From the NCBI GenBank assembly GCA_963699145.1, contig OY969416.1:1246456-1310455 (forward strand): 64,000 nt of DNA. The letters run 5' to 3'. Below, piece by piece: positions 17,368-24,276 of this stretch. How positions within the stretch are numbered: position 1 is the first letter of the stretch; each line of letters starts with the position of its first letter. Origin of the DNA: an uncultured Verrucomicrobiae bacterium. GTDB lineage: Bacteria > Verrucomicrobiota > Verrucomicrobiia > Limisphaerales > DASXHY01. The notes under the pieces were generated by a model that had not been told where the DNA came from, searched no databases, and saw only the letters and a program-made list of their open reading frames with translations. The translations under genes were made by a program, and so were the position numbers.

Positions 17368-17885
17368 AATAGTGGCACGGGCGTCCGCGCCTGTGCGAAC
17401 GTTTAAAGCCATTGCCAAAACAGATTTCAGGATAGAAGGCCGAAGCTTCGCTCCCTGAACCCTGAAGCACCACCTCTCCCCAATCCTCTCCGCCACTTCG
17501 TGGCAGAGAGGGAGACGGACGGCTGCAGGCGGTCCGAATGCCTTACACAATGCGGTGTTCTCGACTGAGCAGTTCCTTTCGGAAACTACTTTTGGCAAGC
17601 AGTCTAATCCCGTTGAACGCACGGGCAGGATGCCCGTGCCACTATAGCCATTGCCAAAACAGATTTCAGGATAGCAGGCCGAAGCTTCGCCCCCTGAACC
17701 CTGAAGCACCACCTCTCCCCCAACCCTCTCCGCCACTTCGTGGCAGAGAGGGAGACGGATGGCTGCAGGCGGTCCGAATGCCTTACACAATGCGGTGTTC
17801 TCGACGGAGCGGTTCTTTTCGGGAATTACTTTTAGCGAGCAGTCTAATCCCGTTGAACGCACGGGCAGGATGCCCGTGCCACTAA
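17368..17885. repeat. Two tandem ~239-bp units of a family-5-related element, each ending in a gcacgggcaggatgcccgtgc hairpin, preceded by an inverted copy of that hairpin
   Basis: The units 17408-17646 and 17647-17885 are almost identical. tagtggcacgggcgtccgcgcctgtgcgaac at 17370-17400 is the inverted counterpart of the unit ends. The array abuts the stop codons of both flanking genes. Confidence 0.8.
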
Positions 17886-19117
17886 CTCATCAGCAGCGTC
17901 CACGCGATCAGGCCGGCCAGCGCCGTGAGGGTCACGGGAATTCCCAGCCGCGCGAAATCGCGAAAGGAAATGGTTACTCCCAAATCCCGCGCCTGTTGCA
18001 CACAAATAATATTCGCCACGCTGCCGAGAATAATGAAGCTGCCGCCAAAACTGTTCGCCAAGGCGAGCACATAAGCCGCGTGCGCGTGCGAGAGGTCCAC
18101 CACTCTCATCAACAGCATCACCGCCGCGGAGTTGTTGATCAAATTGGAGAGCGCCGCCGTCGCGAGGGCGAGGTTCGCCGGACGATTCAGGTTGAACCCG
18201 CTTTGCGCGAGCCAATGCACCGCCTGATCGCCGTAGCCGGTGGATTGAAACGCGCCGGTGACCACAAACAAACCCATGAACAAAACGAGAATGGGCCAGT
18301 CCACGTATTTGAGCAGTTCCTCGGTGCGAAATTTCGGGCTCGCCAGATGAATCGCAGCCGCCGCCAACGCCACAATGTCCTTGGGCAGCGAGGTGAAGAA
18401 TAATCCGATGACGAGGACCAGGATGACGATGCCCTTGATTGTGTGCGGGCGATTGAACTCGCATCCGTCGCCGGTGAGCACCGCATTGTTGACCGGGGTG
18501 GCGAGAGCGAGGTTGCGGCGGGAGAGAAACCAGATGAGGCCGTACGCCGTGGCCATCGCGAACAGCACCGGGATGAAACTCCAGAGCATGTACTCCCCTA
18601 AATTCAGGTGCGCCACCGAGCCAATCATCATGTCCTGCGGATTACCGATGAGCGTGGCCGCCGCGCCGATATTGCTCGAAATGGCGACCGCCACGAGGAA
18701 CGGCACGGGATTCAGTTTTTTGCGCAACAATGCCGCGCCGACAATCGGCGTGAACACGAGGCAAACGATGTCGTGATTCAAAAATGCCGACAGTCCGCCG
18801 GTCACGGCCATCAGTGTGAGGAGAAAACGCGCGGGATGATCCGTCCGCGCCGCAATCCCATTCGCCACGCGATCGTAAAACCCGGACAACCGCAGTTGCG
18901 CCGAGATCACAAAAAAGCCGAACAGCAGGAACATGGTCGGGGCGTTGACGTACGACATTCCCTTTTCCGCCGTGACACCGCCGAAGATCATCATGGCGAT
19001 GGCACCGAGCAAAACGATGCCGACGCGATTGAGTTTGAGCCCGGGGATGTGGCCGACCGCGAGTCCCAAATAGGTGACCACGAAAATGGCGAGGATGGAC
19101 GAATTCGGCGCGTTCAC
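17882..19117 (-). CDS. ArsB/NhaD-superfamily anion/ion permease (CitMHS-like)
   Basis: 411-aa polytopic membrane protein. Motifs ...LSAFLNHDIVCLVFTPIV... and ...AISSNIGAAATLIGNPQDMMIG... are typical of this permease superfamily. Confidence 0.8.
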   Translation of the reverse strand: MNAPNSSILAIFVVTYLGLAVGHIPGLKLNRVGIVLLGAIAMMIFGGVTAEKGMSYVNAPTMFLLFGFFVISAQLRLSGFYDRVANGIAARTDHPARFLLTLMAVTGGLSAFLNHDIVCLVFTPIVGAALLRKKLNPVPFLVAVAISSNIGAAATLIGNPQDMMIGSVAHLNLGEYMLWSFIPVLFAMATAYGLIWFLSRRNLALATPVNNAVLTGDGCEFNRPHTIKGIVILVLVIGLFFTSLPKDIVALAAAAIHLASPKFRTEELLKYVDWPILVLFMGLFVVTGAFQSTGYGDQAVHWLAQSGFNLNRPANLALATAALSNLINNSAAVMLLMRVVDLSHAHAAYVLALANSFGGSFIILGSVANIICVQQARDLGVTISFRDFARLGIPVTLTALAGLIAWTLLMS

Positions 19118-19198
19118 CGCGCAGGAGTCTGGAAGGTTTCCGCCGGTGGGGCAATGACGAAAGCCGCCGCTGATTTCTTTTGCGAAACCGAGCCGGGA

Positions 19199-19870
19199 TT
19201 ACGACAAACACGCCCCGTTGGCAATGCGATCGTAAGTCAGCATGTCCGCCGCCAGCTTTCCGATCTCGGCGGCCGCGTGTTTCCGGGTTCGATGCTCCAG
19301 GACGAGGCGGCGCGTTTTTTCCTGAAGCGTGCCGGTCCCGCTGGAATAAACATTCAACGCGTGAGCTTCCTTCTCCGCCAGGCGTTCAGAAAAATTCTGC
19401 ATTTTGTGCAACGCCATCCGAAGCTGGTTGATGCGCGTGACCGCGGCATCGACGGGTGTTTCCGCGCAACCGCCGTAAAAGCCCATGAACTCGCCGTCCG
19501 CGCTGTATTGCGGCATGCCGCGATCGAGAATCCATTGGTATTCGCCAAGCGAATCCTGCAGCCGATAGCTCATCGCGAACGAAGCCCGTTTCTCGAACGA
19601 ACCGACATAGTGCTGGACGCAACGTTCCAGGTCCTCCGGATGCACCCCTTCGGCCCAGCCATTGCCGGATTCCTGTTCCAAGGTGCGTCCGCGGAAATTG
19701 AGCCACGCGTGATTGAAATAGAAGCAGCCCATATCGCTTCCGGACATCCAGATCATGACCGGAGCGCCGTCTGCCAGTTGCTGGAAATATTCGACATCCA
19801 GATTGGGAGCGCGCTCTGGGGGCGGATTGGAATTCATCGTGTGGCCCGAGGATAGAGGAGCGTCGTGCAA
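19199..19870 (-). CDS. PAS domain protein (stand-alone sensor module)
   Basis: APVMIWMSGSDMGCFYFNHAWLNFRGRTLEQESGNGWAEGVHPEDL...YRLQDSLGEYQWILDRGMPQYSADGEFMGFYG is a canonical PAS fold pattern. I recognised no output domain. Confidence 0.8.
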   Translation of the reverse strand: MHDAPLSSGHTMNSNPPPERAPNLDVEYFQQLADGAPVMIWMSGSDMGCFYFNHAWLNFRGRTLEQESGNGWAEGVHPEDLERCVQHYVGSFEKRASFAMSYRLQDSLGEYQWILDRGMPQYSADGEFMGFYGGCAETPVDAAVTRINQLRMALHKMQNFSERLAEKEAHALNVYSSGTGTLQEKTRRLVLEHRTRKHAAAEIGKLAADMLTYDRIANGACLS

Positions 19871-19902
19871 TCGGAAGGAGGCGTTTGCCCCATGTCCGAG
19901 CG

Positions 19903-20481
19903 TTATTCGTTGATCCCGCCTTCGCGGGTCACGTCCGGGGAGGAATTCGGAGCGTTGCGCACGGCGTGAATCGTTTCGGTATGTTCCGATTCGGGTTTTC
20001 CGGAGGAAGCGGCGGTGGGTGGAATGGCAGGAACGAAACCGACGAATAACCGCACCTGGCTGAGTTGCGTGAGTTCCTGGAGCCGGAAAAGAGTTTGCCC
20101 CATGGAATCCAGCCGTTGCATGTCGCAGTCAATCAATACAGCCAGCGCGCTTTCGTCGGTGCGACGCTCGATCCATTGTTTCAACCATTTTTCCGTGCTG
20201 ATTTCGAGGCCGATATCGCCGCGCAAGGAAAGCAGGACCAACGCGGCGTCGCTGGCGGCCTTGACCCCCTCGTCGCAGATCTCCGGCACGTGGAACATCT
20301 CCAATTTCCAAAGCGTGAGGCTGAGTTCCGCGTTGAGCTGGCAATGGTCGAGCACATGATTGAGGAATTGCCGCGCGTGCAATCCGGTGGGGAGGTCCTG
20401 GTAGGCCAGGGCCACTTCGAACCGTGGAGATTGCATCGGAGCCAACGTCCTTTCCGAACCGCCAATGCTCGCCGAATCCAT
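19903..20481 (-). CDS. Hypothetical protein (alternating beta/alpha pattern, possibly flavodoxin-like)
   Basis: 192-aa ORF with good GC3 bias, 32 nt upstream of the PAS gene. I recognised no motif. Confidence 0.6.
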   Translation of the reverse strand: MDSASIGGSERTLAPMQSPRFEVALAYQDLPTGLHARQFLNHVLDHCQLNAELSLTLWKLEMFHVPEICDEGVKAASDAALVLLSLRGDIGLEISTEKWLKQWIERRTDESALAVLIDCDMQRLDSMGQTLFRLQELTQLSQVRLFVGFVPAIPPTAASSGKPESEHTETIHAVRNAPNSSPDVTREGGINE

Positions 20482-20781
20482 AAGTTTGATCCGTTCTCTA
20501 ACACCAGACTGCCTTGGGTTGTGTCAATTCACAAGGTAGACTTACTCACCGTTTCTTCACCGTTTATACACCGCGGGCAGGGGGGGGTTCGGGCCCAGGT
20601 CGCCAGCGGATATGAGGCCGTCTTTACTATAGTTATGAAGTGTCTGTTGGCGGTTGGTTCCCGGATGAAGGTGAATTTTCCGGAAATTATTCACAATAAG
20701 GAATTTTCAAGAAATCGGATAAATACCAGCCCGGCAGCGAAGGGCGTTCGTGCGGACGAAGCGGCGCTGGCCCGATTTTAT

Positions 20782-20895
20782 GTAGCGATTGCCAAAAGTA
20801 ATTTCCGAAATGGTGGCGATTCCCTGCGGGGAATCGAGGCAAACCCGCAGGTTTGCCCCACCATTTGGGAAATTACTTTTGGCAAACCGTTCTAT
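20782..20895. repeat. Hairpin repeat combining the family-5-type TIR with the family-6 core
   Basis: gtagcgattgccaaaagtaatttccgaaatggtgg...ggcaaacccgcaggtttgcc...ccaccatttgggaaattacttttggcaaac. It ends at the stop codon of the 115-aa gene. Confidence 0.75.
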
Positions 20896-21239
20896 CCTCC
20901 AAAGGTAGCTGCGAGAAATTCCTGCGAGAGCGAATCAAGCGCGGGCACGGCGGGGGTATCGTTGCGAACGACGACGGCGAGGCGCCAGCCGTCCGGCCGT
21001 TCGAGCAACCGGATTTGCCCTTGCTCAAAGGCCCACGTGCTCCATTGCGGCGCGGTGGGTTCCGCGACGGCCGCCGCGAGATTGTCAAAGTTGGCGAGAA
21101 TGCTTTCAATAGCCGTCGTGGGGCAGGCGGGGTCCGCACTGTGGCTGAGGAAATTGCCGTCGGGAAGGCGCAAGGCGCACGCCAGCGTTCCTGGTTGCGC
21201 AGCGCGTTCCGTGAGCCATTGCAGGGCGGGATCGCTCAT
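20892..21239 (-). CDS. Roadblock/LC7-like small protein (putative)
   Basis: 115 aa. ACALRLPDGNFLSHS ... STWAFEQGQIRLLERPDGWRLAVVV fits the roadblock strand/helix pattern. The start overlaps the upstream gene's stop by 4 nt. Confidence 0.6.
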   Translation of the reverse strand: MSDPALQWLTERAAQPGTLACALRLPDGNFLSHSADPACPTTAIESILANFDNLAAAVAEPTAPQWSTWAFEQGQIRLLERPDGWRLAVVVRNDTPAVPALDSLSQEFLAATFGG

Positions 21240-22276
21240 GACGTGGCGGGTTGGTGAGCGGTTCGCACAAAGACAAGACGATCGGCGCGCGCCTGCACAA
21301 TGGCGCGCCCGTCCGCAAATTGCATTTCCAGCCGGTCAAAATTTCCCAGCGGCAGCATCTGCGCCAGTTCCGCGGCGTGCGCGGCGATGGTTTTCAGGCG
21401 CTCGACACGTCCCGCCACATCCGCGCAATGGGCATGGTAAAGCGGTTCACCCTGCCCGGTGCAAATGAGCGTTTCCACCACTGCCGCGGAAACCACCGCC
21501 GAAGTGGCGCCTTGGGCATTCGCTTTGGCCGCGGGCGGCTCCTGGGCGGCGTTTTCGTCGCGCACGCGGGCCGCTTCCATCAGCAGCGATTCCCACTGGC
21601 CTTCGATGGTGCGCTGCGGTGGCGCGGTATACGGCATGAGTTCGAACGCGCCGCCGGGCAGCGCCAGCAAATGTTGCAAGGCCGGTTCGCCCGCGAGCCC
21701 GGCGCCGTGCGCGTGAATGATGTTTCCGTCTTCGATGAAAATCTGCCCGTGCACTTGCTCGTAACGAACTTCGAGCACGGATGAATTGCGGCCCAGGCAC
21801 TCCATCTGGATGACATCCTGCAAGCCCACGCGGCGCAACATGCCTTGAAAGCCCTGCTGCGGCGTCCAGCTCACGAGGTCGTCGAGCATCGCAAAGACGG
21901 ATTTGAAGCCGTCGGGCGTGCGGGGTTTTTCAATGACGAGCTCCGCGCCGTTGGCGAGGCATTGGGAGCGTTTCTCCTCCGTGGCATAGGCGGTGAGCGT
22001 GATTTTTTTGAGATTGGGATAACGCTTGCCGAGCAGATTCAAAAATTGAATCCCATCCAGCAGCGGCATGTTCATGTCCACCACGGCGAGGTCCACGTGC
22101 TGGCGTTTGAGCAGGTCGAGCGCCGCATGCGCGCTGTTGGCGCAATAAATCACCCAGGTTCCGCCGCTCAACATCTCGAACGTCTCCTTCAGGGCTTGGA
22201 GAAAATCCGGTTCGTCGTCCACGAACAGGATTTGGCGGGACGTTTGATTGGTCTTGGCGTTGGCCACAGGTTGCAT
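21236..22276 (-). CDS. Response regulator: receiver + DUF4388 (PATAN-like) + C-terminal roadblock-like region
   Basis: Receiver ILFVDDEPDF...LAVVDMNMPLLDG...KKITLTAY. DUF4388-like GMLRRVGLQDVIQMECLGRNSSVLEVRYEQVHGQIFIEDGNIIHA...GGAFEL. C-terminus ETLICTGQGEPLYH...LEMQFADGRAIVQARADRLVFV. Confidence 0.8.
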   Translation of the reverse strand: MQPVANAKTNQTSRQILFVDDEPDFLQALKETFEMLSGGTWVIYCANSAHAALDLLKRQHVDLAVVDMNMPLLDGIQFLNLLGKRYPNLKKITLTAYATEEKRSQCLANGAELVIEKPRTPDGFKSVFAMLDDLVSWTPQQGFQGMLRRVGLQDVIQMECLGRNSSVLEVRYEQVHGQIFIEDGNIIHAHGAGLAGEPALQHLLALPGGAFELMPYTAPPQRTIEGQWESLLMEAARVRDENAAQEPPAAKANAQGATSAVVSAAVVETLICTGQGEPLYHAHCADVAGRVERLKTIAAHAAELAQMLPLGNFDRLEMQFADGRAIVQARADRLVFVRTAHQPATS

Positions 22277-22349
22277 CAGGCGCGCGTTTTGACTAGGGAG
22301 CTTGCCATGTCAAGGGACCTGAAATCAAATCAGTTCGGAACTCATTTCC

Positions 22350-23786
22350 TTATTTAGGAGAGGGTTCCAGTGCGGCCAAAGCCGTTTGCACCGCCTCGCG
22401 CACGACTTGATCGGCATCGCGCAGCGCCATATTCAAAATTGAACCCGCGCTTTTTTCGCGCAATTGACCCAAGGCAGTAGCCGCGGCCAGCCGGAGATCG
22501 CGATCGCGGTCAAACAACATATCCGAAAGAATTGCGAACGCGGGGTGAACCTTGGATTTTGGTTCGGGCGCTGCGGCCGCTGTTTCCGGGGGCGGGCTGT
22601 TTGGATCAATCTTCAGCGCTTCCAACAACTTCAAGGCGCTGTGCTGCACCCAGTAGTCGCCGCTGTGCGATGCGGTCAGAATTTTCGGCACGATCTGGCG
22701 GAGGTCTTCCCGGCGGGTCCAGTTTTCATCGAGCCGCTCCACCACGGCCGCCGCCGCGGCGCGCACCGAGCTTTCCGAATCCAGCATCGCGAGCACCAGC
22801 GGCACCACCGCGCGGGCATCCTTCAACTGCCCCAACGCGTTGATCGCCGTCTCGCGGACGTCGCGGTCGGCATCGTTGATCAATCCGCACAGGGCTTCCA
22901 CCGCGGAGTGCTCTCCCAGAGTGCCCAGGGCATTGGCGGCTGCGCGGCGCACTTCCCACGATTGATCTCCCAGGCAGCCGACCAGGCCCGGTATCGCGCG
23001 CGCTCCACCACAGCGCAAGGCGGCTTCGATCGCCGCGCCGCGCACATTGGCGTCGGGATCGCCCAGTAACTTTTCAATTTTCGGAAATGAATTGGGATCG
23101 GCGTGCCGCTCCAGCGTGCCCAGGGCGGCGATGCGCACGGCCACGCTGGTTTTGCCGAGCGCCTCGACCATCGCGGGCATGACGCGGGGATCGCTAATCT
23201 GGGCGAGCGCCTTGACGGCGGCAAATTGTTTGTTGGGTTCGCCGTTGCGCAACTGTTCGAGCAAGGGCGGCACGCTGTCCCCGCCGAGCTTCACGAGTTG
23301 CTGCATGTGGCCCATCGCGAGGAGTTGGATGGCGCGATGCGAATCGGTGGAGGGATTCCAACCCAGTTTGTCGAGGCTGCGGGCGGCGGCGGCACGGGCT
23401 TCCGAATCCACATCGCGCAGCAGGCCCACCAATTTGTTCACCGCGATCGGGTCGCCGAAGTGGCCGAGCGTTTCGGCCGCGGCGGCGCGCACCGGCCCCT
23501 CGGAATCCTGGAGCAGATGGATCAGGGAATCGAGCGCGCGTTGGTCATGAAATCCGCTCAGCGCCCTGGCTGCCGCGGCGCGCACTTCGGCATCCTTGTC
23601 CTGCAAAGCAAAAATCAACGGTCCGGCTGCGTCGGGATCGCGGTTATCCGCTAATTTCTGCACTACAGCCAGCCTGGTCTTGGCGCTGCTGACGCGTAAC
23701 TGTTGATAATTCCACCACAACATACAAATTCCCAAATACAACTGCCCGTTTGGTCCGCAGGCGATTTCTTCGCCTTCAGAGGTCAA
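22350..23786 (-). CDS. HEAT-repeat (PBS-lyase HEAT-like) protein
   Basis: About 12 repeats of the form D..VR.AAA.ALG.LGD..AV..L..LL.D. The true start may be the ATG at 23723 (MLWWNYQQLRVSS...). Confidence 0.85.
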   Translation of the reverse strand: MTSEGEEIACGPNGQLYLGICMLWWNYQQLRVSSAKTRLAVVQKLADNRDPDAAGPLIFALQDKDAEVRAAAARALSGFHDQRALDSLIHLLQDSEGPVRAAAAETLGHFGDPIAVNKLVGLLRDVDSEARAAAARSLDKLGWNPSTDSHRAIQLLAMGHMQQLVKLGGDSVPPLLEQLRNGEPNKQFAAVKALAQISDPRVMPAMVEALGKTSVAVRIAALGTLERHADPNSFPKIEKLLGDPDANVRGAAIEAALRCGGARAIPGLVGCLGDQSWEVRRAAANALGTLGEHSAVEALCGLINDADRDVRETAINALGQLKDARAVVPLVLAMLDSESSVRAAAAAVVERLDENWTRREDLRQIVPKILTASHSGDYWVQHSALKLLEALKIDPNSPPPETAAAAPEPKSKVHPAFAILSDMLFDRDRDLRLAAATALGQLREKSAGSILNMALRDADQVVREAVQTALAALEPSPK

Positions 23787-23964
23787 TTTTCAGCAGCTAT
23801 TATGCCGGAATTAAGGGAAAAGTAACGTGACAATTGCTGGCGGGGGGGGCGGGGTGCCGAGCACGTGCTCGGCCGCCGGAAAAACGCAGACCTGCGGAGC
23901 TGTGCTCGGCATTCCTTTACCGGGCCGTGCGTTCAGGCCTGGAGTGAAACCGCTGGTTTTATAG

Positions 23965-24276
23965 TTATGGAGAGCTCGGACCTTCCGCCGCCACGCGGTA
24001 GTAGATGGACTGCACCGTGCTCAAATTGCGCTGATCCGTGAAGCTGACGGGGGCGCCGGTTCCGGGGATGCCGTCGCGCAACAGTGTCCACGGGCCGGAC
24101 AGGCTGGGGGACCAATCGATACGGTAAGTGCGCCCAACGACCGTGTCGAAGCTGAGTTGCGGCGGAGCCTGCGTCGAGGCCATCTCCACGTCAAACGTGG
24201 AATTGGCATTGGTTGGATTCAACCCGGCGTAGTAATCCTGCCAGACGGTGAACCCATTTCCGTTCGTGCTGATCAA
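23965..24276 (-). CDS. C-terminal fragment of the adhesin-like gene, in a different frame
   Basis: ...GFTVWQDYYAGLNPTN...RTYRIDWSPSLSGPWTLL...SIYYRV. The frame stays open upstream of the track's TTG start, so this is unlikely to be an independent gene. Confidence 0.55.
   Translation of the reverse strand: MISTNGNGFTVWQDYYAGLNPTNANSTFDVEMASTQAPPQLSFDTVVGRTYRIDWSPSLSGPWTLLRDGIPGTGAPVSFTDQRNLSTVQSIYYRVAAEGPSSP

Noticed and set aside
17368-17885. Possible CRISPR-like array, because repeated units with hairpins lie between genes.
   Set aside because: There are only two ~239-bp units, directly abutting with no unique spacers. The unit length is far outside CRISPR repeat size, and the window contains no cas genes.
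23830-23855. G-runs (ggcggggggggcggggtg here, and gcaggggggggttcggg near 20575-20592) as possible G-quadruplex or phase-variable homopolymers.
   Set aside because: There are too few G-tracts for a canonical four-tract quadruplex, and both are intergenic with no ORF whose frame they could switch. I noted them only as possible sequencing-error hotspots.
23856-23873. Perfect 18-bp palindrome gccgagcacgtgctcggc, with a related half-site at 23897-23911, considered as an operator or terminator between the adhesin and HEAT genes.
   Set aside because: No U-tract follows on the relevant (minus) strand, and the motif resembles a dispersed repeat type. With a single locus in the window, I cannot support a regulatory call.
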